From Macrostomum lignano (Eukaryota): a stretch of DNA of 64,000 bases. Under the pieces are notes generated by a model that saw only the letters and a list, made by a program, of their open reading frames with translations, was not told the DNA's origin and made no database searches. Position numbers and translations under genes: made by a program. The first letter of the stretch is position 1. Each line of letters begins with the position of its first letter. The stretch covers positions 124,001-188,000 of the forward strand of contig NIVC01000738.1 in the NCBI GenBank assembly GCA_002269645.1, written 5' to 3'. Of the stretch, positions 49,081 to 62,900 are shown piece after piece.

Positions 49081-50740
49081 TAGTGCCCCCTCGATCCCTA
49101 AACACTGCCCCCCCCACCCAAGAAACTAGTGCCCCCACGATCCCTAAACACTGCCCCCCCCACCCAAGAAACTAGTGCCCCACGATCCCTAGATACTGCC
49201 CCCCACCCAAGAAACTAGTGCCCCTCGATCCCTAAACACTGCCCCCCCCACCCAAGAAACTAGTGCCCCCACGATCCCTAAACACTGCCCCCCCCCCCCC
49301 ACCCAAGAAACTAGTGCCCCCTCGATCCCTAAACACTGCCCCCCACCCAAGAAACTAGTGCCCCCTCGATCCCTAGACACTGCCCCCCACCCAAGAAACT
49401 AGTGCCCCCACGATCCCTAAACACTGCCCCCCCCACCCAAGAAACTAGTGCCCCCACGATCCCTAGACACTGCCCCCCACCCAAGAAACTAGTGCCCCCA
49501 CGATCCCTAGACACTGCCCCCCCCACCCAAGAAACTAGTGCCCCACGATCCCTAGATACTGCCCCCCCACCCAAGAAACTAGTGCCCCCTCGATCCCTAA
49601 ACACTGCCCCCCCACCCAAGAAACTAGTGCCCCACGATCCCTAGACACTGCCCCCCCACCCAAGAAACTAGTGCCCCCACGATCCCTAGATACTGCCCCC
49701 CAAGACACTAGTGCCCCCACGATCCCTAGACACTGCCCCCCCCACCCAAGAAACTAGTGCCCCACGATCCCTAAACACTGCCCCCCACCCAAGAAACTAG
49801 TGCCCCACGATCCCTAAACACTGCCCCCCCCACCCAAGACACTAGTGCCCCTCGATCCCTAAACACTGCCCCCCCACCCAAGAACTAGTGCCCCCACGAT
49901 CCCTAGACACTGCCCCCCACCCAAGAAACTAGTGCCCCCACGATCCCTAAACACTGCCCCCCCCCCACCCAAGACACTAGTGCCCCCTCGATCCCTAAAC
50001 ACTGCCCCCCCCACCCAAGAAACTAGTGCCCCCACGATCCCTAGACACTGCCCCCCACCCAAGAAACTAGTGCCCCACGATCCCTAGACACTGCCCCCCC
50101 ACCCAAGAAACTAGTGCCCCCACGATCCCTAGACACTGCCCCCACCAAGAAACTAGTGCCCCCACGATCCCTAGACACTGCCCCCCACCCAAGAAACTAG
50201 TGCCCCACGATCCCTAGACACTGCCCCCCCACCCAAGAAATTAGTGCCCCACGATCCCTAGACACTGCCCCCCCCACCCAAGAAACTAGTGCCCCACGAT
50301 CCCTAGACACTGCCCCCCCACACAAGACACTAGTGCCCCCTCGATCCCTAGACACTGCCCCCCCACCCAAGACACTAGTGCCCCCTCGATCCCTAGACAC
50401 TGCACCCCCACCCCACCCAAGAAACTAGTGCCCCCACGATCCCTAGACACTGCCCCCCACCCAAGAAACTAGTGCCCCCACGATCCCTAGACACTGCCCC
50501 CACCCAAGAAACTAGTGCCCCCACGATCCCTAGACACTGCCCCCCCACCCAAGAAATTAGTGCCCCACGATCCCTAGACACTGCCCCCCCACCCAAGAAA
50601 CTAGTGCCCCACGATCCCTAGACACTGCCCCCCACACAAGACACTAGTGCCCCCTCGATCCCTAGACACTGCCCCCCACCCAAGACACTAGTGCCCCCAC
50701 GATCCCTAGACACTGCCCCCCAAGCCGCTGGTGCCCCCAC
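49081..50740. repeat. ~45-bp C-rich minisatellite, array 2 (duplicate)
   Basis: Same unit as array 1. Confidence 0.96.
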
Positions 50741-51551
50741 TCCAGTGCATGTCTAGACAGGTTTATCTGTTTTTCTCCCCTCCCCATCAGCGACTCGCAA
50801 CTCGCCCCTCCAGCCACCCTAAAATTGGCATCAGCATTGGGAAGCCTCGGGGAGCAGCGGGATAATAATCCCATAGTGGACAGTAAGGCATCAGGAGGGC
50901 TCGTGAGAACTGAAATTGGAAGTGGAATCCTGCCAGTTGACATTATCCCGGCCTGATTGCGTTATTTGCACCGCAGCCGGCACTGAAGGTCATTTGCAAA
51001 CCTTCCCCACACCGGGCCTTTCCCGCCGATGCGAATTTCTTTCAGCCACGCGAGACCTCCGCGAGTCACAAAGGCTGTGGGGGTTGAGAGAATGGATTGG
51101 GACAAAAACGTCTATGGTACAAACGTTAATACCCATGCTTTGCGGGTGTTGATGAAAAATCCTCCGGCGCCGTATTAATGGTATATTGTAACATGACATT
51201 TTAGCCCAGCAGGCACTTCATGTAACGACGCGATATATACAGATTTTTTCAGCAGCAATTTCCTAAGCTGAAGCCGCGTAGCGGCTAGAGCTTAGTAAAA
51301 CAATTGCTGCCGTGAAAGAATCCGTCTATGTCGCTATTGTACCCTTTTGCATGAAATTTATTGTTGCCGGATTTCTAGTCAATTCTGCTGTCTATGGCAC
51401 TTTGAAAGAGCAGTCAAGCTAATAGTTAGTGGTCTATGTTACGAGTAGTTGGAAAGGACAGTGAAGACGACTCGCCTATCTGTCATAAACAATTCTCTAG
51501 TGGATTTTTCAGCTTTCAATTAAATTACCAATAGAAAAAGGAGCTACATGT

Positions 51552-52060
51552 ATGTCCGTTTCGCTACAAAAACCCTGGCGGAGAAAATGTGGACTCTCCA
51601 CGGACGAGTTGGCTTTTGTCAATCGAGAGTCGAGCAGTCGCTTTTCTCTGGAGATTAACAATTTGGATGCGTCGTTTATTACCGAAGTGCTGCCTGAGCT
51701 GACCAGCGAAGATCTACAAATGCTGCACCGGATTGAGAATGAATCTGCGCCGAAATCGACCGAGACTCAACGAAAACTTTACGTGGCAAGGTTCCGTCAG
51801 TTCCTCAACGAGAAGGGGGTCACCAGGAGTCTAAAGCGCGTGCCTGGTCGATTCCTGAACGATAGTCTAAGGCTTTTCTATTCGTCTCTTCGAAAGCAGG
51901 ATGGAGCACACTTACGCGCCGAAGTCTTTTATCTGTTTTCGTGCGGCAATTCAACGGCACCTGCACTGGAACCCGTCCGTCAATCGCCAGGTGAACAGAT
52001 TACTGGAGAATCATTCGAGTGTTGAAACGGAGTTCTTGTCGAACTTATATGTGACAGAAA
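51552..52060 (+). pseudogene. Frameshifted remnant of a Crypton-type tyrosine recombinase (DUF3504/KCTD1-ZMYM-like N-terminal core-binding region)
   Basis: PKSTETQRKLYVARFRQFLNEKG...LNDSLRLFYSSLRKQDG, then a frameshift near 51908 to TYAPKSFICFRAAIQRHL...VNRQVN, then a second shift and a stop before NGVL. Confidence 0.6.
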
Positions 52061-52199
52061 AATAATACTACTCCTCTTGTTGTTTTTGTTGTGCGTCATT
52101 GTCAGGTTTCGATTCTTTTCTATGGCCAAATGCATCTGTTAATTTTCTGTTAATTGAATTGAACAATTGAATTGTTGCCGAGAGGATCACTGCCGAAAA

Positions 52200-52593
52200 C
52201 CATAGACAAAAGGGTACAATCAATCCCTTTAATACCATAGACAAAAGGGTACAATCAATCCCTTTAATACCATAGACAAAAGGGTACAATCAATCCCTTT
52301 AATACCATAGACAAAAGGGTACAATCAATCCCTTTAATACCATAGACAAAAGGGTACAATCAATCCCTTTAATACCATAGACAAAAGGGTACAATCAATC
52401 CCTTTAATACCATAGACAAAAGGGTACAATCAATCCCTTTAATACCATAGACCAAAAGGGTACAATCAATCCCTTTAATACCATAGACAAAAGGGTACAA
52501 TCAATCCCTTTAATACCATAGACAAAAGGGTACAATCAATCCCTTTAATACCATAGACAAAAGGGTACAATCAATCCCTTTAATACCATAGAC
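52200..52593. repeat. 35-bp minisatellite ccatagacaaaagggtacaatcaatccctttaata (11 units)
   Basis: Near-perfect tandem array. Confidence 0.96.
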
Positions 52594-53189
52594 TACATTT
52601 AAGCCCACATAAATCGAAAAAATGTACAAATCAAAACTTTCATTAAATGCCCGCTAATTTGTGGGCAGTTTAGCAACAGTTTCACATATAATTGGGGACA
52701 GCTTCGTTCTCATCTGATCAAAGTGTCTATGGTTGCTATGTGGGGCTTCGCCCCCACACCCCCACTTTCCCCGCTCTTTCATTCTTCCTCTCTCAGCCTT
52801 GCCGAGCAAAAATGTCTATGGCGCTATAACAGTAAAACCTCGGGCATCCTCCGATTTCGTCCTCTGCCCTTAAAGCATGGGTATTAATCCAAATATACTA
52901 AATCTCTAATGTTTGTTTGTTTGTATGTTTGTCCATAACGCTCTGGTTAATATACTATTGCTCGTTGAGTATTGCACAGCCGTTTATGGTTGCCAGGTTT
53001 TGAGTTATACTCTGAAAAGTGACAGAAAGATTTAATAAATTAGAACAACACAGGTCAATGTGAATCGATTGATTGATGTGAAGACGAGGTTTTCCCGCAG
53101 GGTTTTTACAGTTGGAATTTCAAGTCAAATCCGGTCTATAAACAATTCTGGACAAAATAGAACTAGGCTAGACTAGATTTCAAATCCGA

Positions 53190-53475
53190 AAACTTCGGCG
53201 GTAAAAACTCTCGCGGGAAAACCTCCAGCGGGGTAACCTCGCTGAGGGAAATCTCGGCGGGAAAAGCTCGGCGGGGAAATCTCGGCGGGAAAAGCTCGGC
53301 GGAGAAATCTCGGCGGGAAAAGCTCAACGGGGAAATCTCGGCGGGAAAAGCTCGGCGGGGAAATCTCGGCGGGAAAAGCTCAACGGGGAAAAGCTCGGCG
53401 GGAAAAGCTCGGCGGGGAAATCTCGGCGGGAAAAGCTCGCGCGGGCAGACCTCGGCGGGAAAACTTCATGCGGGA
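53190..53475. repeat. ~13-27 bp G-rich repeat ggaaaagctcggcggggaaatctcggcg
   Basis: Tandem array. Confidence 0.85.
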
Positions 53476-54894
53476 AATTCTCATAGACCAATATTACCAC
53501 CGAGCGTAACCCCAACCCAGTCTTAACCCTAACCCTTGTTTTGTTTGAAAAACGCCAAGTCAATGAATTATGGTTTGAAATTAAGCTATATTTTAGCGGC
53601 AGCGCGCTCCTAGGGCCTTGTGTTCCTAAATGAAAAGATTCGAAGCTTAGCAAACAAAGGAGAGTACCGTATCGCGTCGCATAAACCATAGACTATTTCC
53701 GAAGTAGAAGTCTATACTTTGCAGCAGTCATAGCAATACGCAACAACCCTAACCTTAACCCAACCCCAACCTCAACCCTAAGCACTTTCGCCACGCAGAT
53801 GTTGCCTCAGAACCTGCGTGGCGAGAAAAATCCATTCAAGAACTACTGGACTCACTAGCGGTACTTGAATCTATCTAGAGAATTCCAGTTAGAAAGCAAA
53901 TGCCGTTACTATAGGTGAGTTTACAGTAGCTCTGCGAGCTTCATGCTCTCCAGCCTCGTAAACGGGTATGACGCACGAGCGGCCTCGAAAGTTGCAAAAT
54001 CTGTAATTTTGTCCTTAGAAATGCCTCCCTTTTGTAGTAAAATTCCAATATTTGCCCACTTTGAGGCTGCGCTGGAGGCCCGGGCTCCAATTAAGTCGCT
54101 GGGCTGAAACTTGACAGCCAGCGCCTCCTTTGTAATCTCCGTCGGCAAACAAAGCCGTGCTGAGTGCCTGTCTGTTGAGTGAGTGCTGGGAATAATGGGA
54201 CAGAATCCCTCTCGAGGATATTGTGCAACTAAAGCAGTCTTCTTGGCAGATGTCACTCTCGGCTGCCAAGCATGCAAGGTGTCAGCTGTAAGCATTGAAA
54301 AATGGCTATGTAGGAAAGGTTGCGGCAGCTTGGAGTAAAATATGCGTCATTGCTGCAAAAGGCTGACTCTTTCAGAAAGTATAACTTTTGCTTCACACCT
54401 GCATGTTTGCCGGTCTCCGGTACTGTTTTACAAAGCCAAATTTTGAAACCACCTCGGAGACAACACAAGCTGGCTTCGAAGAATCTTCAGAATTGCATAA
54501 AATGGAAAATTTTGTGCTATTATCGGAAAAATTATCCTCTATTCTTGCAAAATATGATTCTAGCTCGTACAAGTTAAAAGAGTTCTGTCCTCTTGCCACA
54601 CCAGTGCTTCATGATAGTACTGTGAGTAATATAACACGAAAAGTTTTGATTCAAAAGGTCAAAATACTTTAATCCAGAGAAACAAAAGAACGCAGAACAA
54701 ATTGTATTACATAGGCAAGTTTTATTTATAATTTAAAATATGATCAGAGTCCCTTGCAGGCTAGTCTTGCTAATGGGATGTTAAGTGAGAGACTGGCTTA
54801 AGCAAAACAGGTGGATTGGGCGAGCCGAGCCAGCGATGCAGTGCCGCGTTCGCTTGGGCTTGGCTCGGCCTCATCAGTATAACTTTTTTCCCAG

Positions 54895-55395
54895 TTGGTC
54901 CGGCCATAGACTACAGAAATGTATTTATTCTCCACTTGAGCCCGCAGCCATAGACTACAGAAATGTATTTATTCCCCTATTGAACCCGGCCAAAGGCTAC
55001 AAAAATATTTTTCCACACTTAATTTGGCCGGCCAGAGACTGCAGAAATTTATATTCTCCACTTGGGCCGACCCTAAACTACAAAAATGTACTTTTCCACA
55101 CTTGGGCCGGCCATAGACTACAGCAATGTATTTATTCTCCACTTGAGCCCGCAGCCATAGACTACAGCAATGTATTTATTCTCCACTTGAGCCCGCAGCC
55201 ATTGACTACAGAAATGTATTTATTCAGCACTTGAGCCCGCAGCCATTGACTATAGAAATGTATTTATTCTCCACTTGACCCCGCAGCCATTGACTACAGA
55301 AATGTATTTATTCAGCACTTGAGCCCGCAGCCATTGACTACAGAAATGTATTTATTCAGCACTTGACCCCGCAGCCATAGACCACAGGAACATAT
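54895..55395. repeat. 44-bp minisatellite ttctccacttgagcccgcagccatagactacagaaatgtattta
   Basis: Degenerate tandem array. Confidence 0.88.
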
Positions 55396-56167
55396 TTATT
55401 TGGCCTGGCGCAATAAAACGCCAAATAAATAAATCCATAGGGCGATACCAGAGCTGTCTGTCTGTGACTAAAACCAGCGATCAATTCCAGTGCCCGCATA
55501 CTACAATTAGTAGCTTGGATTGAAGTCCATCGCGTAAAATTCTAGCTGCACCTGCATTCCGCCAGTCCCTTCCTAACCGTCAGCTTTGCTTTGCCGCACT
55601 ACAAAATTCTGCTATCCGAGCTGGGTGCGGGACAGCGCGGGGGCCTTGCAATTAGCAAATACGAGCAAGAGGAGGCCAGTAATCAGTGTTTTATCGCTGG
55701 GCGCTCAAAGGCTCCGACTACGACTCCGATGCAGACTCTGCCGCACACAGCGGGCGGGACGTTGCACTCGCCTTAATTATTCTGCGGAACGCATCCAATT
55801 AGGCAGGGCAGCGATAGTGAGCGAGAATTTCTCTCAGTGTTGGACAGGTCGAGAACTTCAGGATCCCGCTTTGCTGACAGACAGAGAGGTGGGGAAGTCG
55901 GCCTCTGTTTTGCGGCTGCACTGCGTTTTGTCACATGAGTGCTCAGGCCCGAAGCCATGAGGAGCTGACAAAGAGGCGAGAATTTGAAGCTCACCTGCAT
56001 GCACACAGCTGCAGCCACTGTTGTGGGACAGCGGTTTTGCGACTCCTTTGAGTTCCACGAGGCAAATCGTTTTTGCATTGTTTGGCTGATCATCAGCTCA
56101 CTTGCTGCCGTGCGAACCAGCCAGTGCGGAATGCGGTTGAAATGTCCTGCAACATTTCTGAGCTGTG

Positions 56168-56520
<353 letters not shown>

Positions 56521-57387
56521 GCTTTATCTGTATGCCTGTCTACATCTGTGTGTGAGCATCCTTGTGTTCATCTGTCGTAGTGTCCGTCCGTCTGTCCTGA
56601 TCCCGCTCTATTTTTGCCTTCTCCGCACTGGCACACGGCCGTCCCTCAGCGGCAGCTTTATGAGCTCCCCAGAGATGTGAAGCCCCGAAGCGGCGGCCGC
56701 CACCCCAGCTGCATTTGCGGGTCTCCGGCCGGATGAGGGACAAGCAGCAAAGAGGCGACGGCTCCAGAAATCAGTGAAATATGCAAATCAGCCTCTTCTG
56801 TCCTGCTCAGCTGCCACTTTTTCTTCCATCCTGCTCGGCAGATTAATTCGCCAGACTTGCTGCTGGCGGTTTGAGCCGCTGAGAATTCCGGCAACTGTTC
56901 GCCGGATCACTCCTGCCGCAGTTCTTCACTCTGAGCAATCGTGCTCAAGGCTGCTCTTAGCCAGGCCTGAACTGCTCCACTATATTGCTGTTGCGGTGTC
57001 AGACTTTAATTTAGACTGAGTCAAGTTTCTTCCCACCTGCTGCAGCTCTAAATTCGACTTCCTTGACCGGCAGGGAAGATTTTCAACCACCAATGTGCCC
57101 CCTTCCAGCTCCCCTTTACAACGGGCTATTCGATAGACCTTCTACATGGTATCCGAACTGGTCGTGGAGGAGCGTCTGCAGATTCTCTCGTCTCCCAGTC
57201 AGTGGGGGTCAAACAGAGCTGATGGAAGGAAGACGGTTCCGACACGTGTGTTCCCAGGTCACCCTTGCGTTTCACATGCGTCCGAGAGCTGTCAGTGTAC
57301 TTTTACTATGGACGTGCTCGGCTGCGAGGGAGATTTTCTTTTTTATCCTGCACCTGCATCAGCTTACTGATCCTTAGTTTATGTCCA

Positions 57388-57976
<589 letters not shown>

Positions 57977-58471
57977 CAGATTCCGAAGCGAGCAAACCAC
58001 TTAGCGGGTGCACAGAGACGGCAGCCCGAATTCATAAATTTGTGGCAGAGGAATGCCCGCAAAAAGCCAATCCCGGAAGCAAACGATGACACGGAAAGAA
58101 GCCCAATGCTGTTTACAACGCATCGTTAAAAGCAACAAAAACCTCTGGAAACTCGTCCAGATGCGGCCTGCCTCGTTAGACGGAGCATCAATTTCCAGAA
58201 GGCGCACAGGCCTCAAGGCAGAAAAGATTTGAGGGATCACCAGCACAGAATGCTGAATGGCCGCAGGCAGTGAGCCGGCCATCCGGTCCAGCGTCTTCTT
58301 GCTTCAGGGGAAGCGGCGCAGCCCTTTCCCGCGCCTCTCATTGGAGCGTCAGGCCAGCGAATGCGGAGAAAGAAAAGGAGGCCTGCACTAAGTCCGTACA
58401 GTTCCTAGTCTGAAAAACAAGACAAGTCGCGCAGGAGGGTGCAAGAGGCGGTGGCCGAGACCTGATCAGCC

Positions 58472-59908
58472 ATGAGCTCCAGCAAGAGAAATGGCGTCGA
58501 GCTGGACGAGGCGCGGTGCCAGCAGAGCTCGCTGGGCGGGGCCCGGCACGGCTCCATCGGTCCCGGGGTGCCGGTGCTCAGCGTGGCGGAGATCTTCGCT
58601 CAGCAATTCTTTAACCGACACCTGGACGAGGACCTGATGACAGGTAGCTGCCAGTCCCACGGGTGCAGCTCAAATCTGCCAGTCATTGCCGTAGCGAAGG
58701 TTGCTGTAGGTCAGTGTTCGCTGGCGCAAGCTGTCGCGATTCTATGGAGCACGATGCAGCTCTCAGGGACTCAGGCTGCACTTCTTTGTGTCAATTGAAT
58801 CAAAACTGCCTCTAAATTTAGGGATAAATATTGCTGGTTGCATTGTCCACGGTCGCAGTGGTCGGCATTGCTAACTGGAATCTGCACCCATTGACTCTCA
58901 TGTACTCGGCTTGTCTGAATGTTCAGCTGTAGATTTATTGACAGATTCAAGCTTTTACACATTTCAGACTGCGATGACCGCCTGAGGATCCGCGATCGGC
59001 GCTCTGAGAAGCGACTCTCAGCCGGGGTGAGTCTCGGGCCGGGAGAGTGACTCTCAGCCGGGGTGAGTCTCGGGCCGGGAGTGACTCTCAGCCGGGGTGA
59101 GTCTCGGGCCGGGAGTGACTCTCAGCCGGGGTGAGTCTCGGGCCGGCAGTGACTCTCAGCCGGGGTGAGTCTCGGGCCGGGAGTGACTCTCAGCCGGGGT
59201 GAGTCTCGGGCCGGGAGTGAGTCTCGGGCCGGGAGTGACTCTCAGCCGGGGTGAGTCTCGGGCCGGGAGTGAGTCTCGGGCCGGGAGTGACTCTCAGCCG
59301 GGGTGAGTCTCGGGCCGGGAGTGACTCTCAGCCGGGGTGAGTCTCGGGCCGGCAGTGACTCTCAGCCGGGGTGAGTCTCGGGCCGGGAGTGACTCTCAGC
59401 CGGGGTGACTCTCAACCAAGCCCAGAATCCTACCATAAGGTCTGTTTTTCCCACCCGGACTGGGCGTGGGGCGCCTGCAGAGATTAATTGACTGCCTGAT
59501 CAGGGCTGAGCACTGAACTAGAGGCGGATTGAGTAGTCCGAGTTAATCCAACTGCTGACAGGCAGTGACACACAGCTAGGGCAGGGGGGGGGCAGCTGTT
59601 TATGCCAGAGGCCTGCAGATTTCGCTACACTTCTGTGCACCCGCTGTTGCCCTGGCGAGCCGTGAGGGAATGCGGGCAGTGGGCGGCCTGGCGCTCCCAC
59701 GCGGCGCTGGTTTTTCACACTTTGACGCCACTTCTTTTTGGCGCTTCGGCGCGAAAAGGGACAGGATAGGGTGATAAACAAGAACAGTCAATCGGTTATT
59801 AACCTAAATAATGACTTGGACAAATAAGGCTTAAAATTATCGTATTTTAAAGCGCTCTATGTAAAATCGTAACGCATGTTAGGTACAGACAGACAGACAG
59901 ACAGACAC

Positions 59909-59995
<87 letters not shown>

Positions 59996-62900
59996 TACAG
60001 ACAGACAGACAGACAGACACACAGACACACAGACACACACAGACTCATCGCCGCCCCAACCCACAGATCATCTCGGTCGGCTCGAATCCGAAGATGTCCG
60101 GCGGGCTGAAGCCGCCCTCTGCCTGCAAGCCCCGGAGGAACTCCTTCACTCTGCTGTTCCCCGGCCCGAAAGACGAGAGCTCTGAGGTAGGGGATAATCT
60201 CGAAATGAAAGTTGGGATTAATCAGCAGGAATGCTTGTTCATAATTTGCCTCAAGATACTTCTTGAATCAGCGCAGCCTTTATTTGAACTCTCCTGTCTG
60301 CCGGACTGGATGAGCTGCACACTCCGAGCCTGCACTCTAGAGATTGCAAGCTTGCCGAGTTCAGGGGAGTCTGTGTCATCCTTGAGCTCTCCATCCTCAA
60401 GTCAGAGAAAACATAAGACGCTGACATGCTGAAGTGTGCACTGTTGACGCCGCTCTCGGATGCGGGTCCGCCCATGGAGAGAGAAAAACTGGCCATCTCC
60501 GGGCTGCCCGAGCCCCAAAACAAATTGGCGTTGATCCAGGCCCGACTGCAGTACAGTCAGCATCTCTGCACCTCCCATGTTATTGCCTTGGCTGCCTCTG
60601 ACTACGGCATTATAGCCTTGGTGTAGCAGCGAGGTAGTCCGATTACTCATAAATGAGTACTTTTATTTCCTGAGCTGTTTGCCTGCGAGTATAAACAGAG
60701 TGATGCGAAACAAACAATCGTATATTATATCAGTGCTTGAATAGACTTGGGGTATTAGTGCATACTGAGAAATAAGATTTCACTTATAAACAAGCAGTAT
60801 GTGCAGCCAGGTCTGAGTGGCCTCTTTGGGGCGCCTTTTTTGAACTGCGCTAACATTAGGGGTGCTAAAGCTACGCTAAGAGGGCGGGCGCCAAAGCTAC
60901 TCTAAGAGGGCGAGCGCCAAAGCTACTCTAAGAGGGTGGGCGCCAAAGCTACTCTAAGAGGGCGCCAAAGCTACTCTAAGAGGGCGAGCGCCAAAGCTAC
61001 TCTAAGAGGGTGGGCGCCAAAGCTACTCTAAGAGGGTGGGCGCCAAAGCTACTCTAAGAGGGCGCCAAAGCTACTCTAAGAGGGCGAGCGCCAAAGCTAC
61101 TCTAAGAGGGTGGGCGCCAAAGCTACTCTAAGAGGGCGCCAAAGCTACTCTAAGAGGGCGAGCGCCAAAGCTACTCTAAGAGGGTGGGCGCCAAAGCTAC
61201 TCTAAGAGGGCGCCAAAACTACTCTAAGAGCCAGAGCTACCCCATCCTCGCTTTGTGCGATGCAGATAAAGTTTAAATGTCAAAAAAAGTCTAAAAGTGC
61301 ATGAAGTTTGGCCTAGTTATCAAGCCAGGTATATTTTGCTGTTGCAGTACCTAAACTGGCCAACCCTGATTTCCGATAGCGCCATCGCCCAGAGGAAGAG
61401 ACGCCTCTCAAAGAATTCAAATAAAAAGATGGGTTCGAACTAAAAGAAGAGAGAAATCAAAGACAGGCGAAACTCTTACTCAGAGTAATTGGCCCTGAGT
61501 AATTATATTGTCTTTCCAACTTTGAGAAGCGGGGATATCTGGTCAGTGGAAATTTTGGCGCTTTATATACTACTGAAAGTCGCTGGCACATTTTGCGAGA
61601 CTCAGAGCTGCCCCAGTGTCTCAGTTAGGTGAAGGCTGAAAGCTTAGCCGTGGTCACTAACTGATTGGCTGACTTTTGAAACAAATAGTCTCTGCGCTAC
61701 ATATCGGCTCCGTATAGTTATTAGCCTTGAAAACTGAGCTATCTTTGTTCTCAGTTTGAGCAGGGGCCGCCCTTATCGCGGCTCAAGTTTTACAGCCCCC
61801 CCCCTAATCAGCGGCGTCGCAATCAGCTGCAATTATCTGCTTGAACAGAATTGTCACCAGCGGTTGCGCACAGTTTATTGCGAGCAGCCCCCCCCCACCC
61901 CGACCCAGATTTTAAATCACATATCAATTTTTTTCAAACTTGAAACCTCCGAGTGGAGAGCGAGTGAAATTATAAAAAACCTGGTCAGCATAATAAAAGA
62001 GGGCCAGGCCTGATCGCCCCAGCAGAGCACTTTGCTCTCCGCAGGCGGGCTCGAGCTCTCTCTCTAGCGGCCTTCGAGTGCCGCAGCTGCACGGCATGTT
62101 CCCGCCGAACTCGGACAGCTGGCGCCGGCTGCATCACAGGGCCGACCGATTCGTCCGGCCGAGGTTTGCGGGGACCCCTGGGGAGAGGGGGGGCAGCTGC
62201 AGCTCTCAAGGGCTTCCACTGGTTAGCGCTGGACTGGCCAATGCTTCTTGCTTCTTGGATCCATGCTTCTGTGCGTCTGAGCGCACGGGTGAGGGAGACA
62301 ATCAGGAGTAGGCAATAAGATAGTACTGTAGGGATCGTTTTTGAAGGGAGGAATTATTAGCAATAGCAAAAACAGCAAAACAGTTCGTTCGCTAGTTGCC
62401 AGGCGCTTCAGAAAGGCCACTGTGCTCAAATGGGACGTGTGACCCGCGCAGCCAGTGAGGAGGCCCTGACTTTCTCTAAGCGCTGTGGAGTTGACCCAAA
62501 TCGGTGTTAACTGCAAACTCCAGCGAGCCCAAATCGGTGTTAACTGCAAACCCCAGCGAGCCCAAATCGGTGTTAACTGCAAACCCCAGCGAGCCCAAAT
62601 CGGTGTTAACTGCAAACCCCAGCGACCCCCAATCGGTGTTAACTGCAAACCCAAGCGACCCCCAATCGGTGTTAACTGCAAACCCAAGCGACCCCCAATC
62701 GGTGTTAACTGCAAACCCCAGCGACCCCCAATCGGTGTTAACTGCAAACCCCAGCGGCCCCCAATCGGTGTTAACTGCAAACCCCAGCGGCCCCCAATCG
62801 GTGTAAGCATGGAGGAGGTCCTCAGCGCACCAGAGCTGCAGCTGGAAACTCGCGGCAAACCAAGCAATGCAATAAACAAACAAATAAAAACAACACAACG

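Noticed and set aside
45605-52593. CRISPR-like appearance of regular 35-45 bp repeats
   Set aside because: No unique spacers and no cas genes; eukaryotic context; these are plain tandem repeats.
53921-54672. Short ORFs in the AT-rich block (124 aa and others)
   Set aside because: No recognisable motif or splice structure; possibly decayed transposon sequence.
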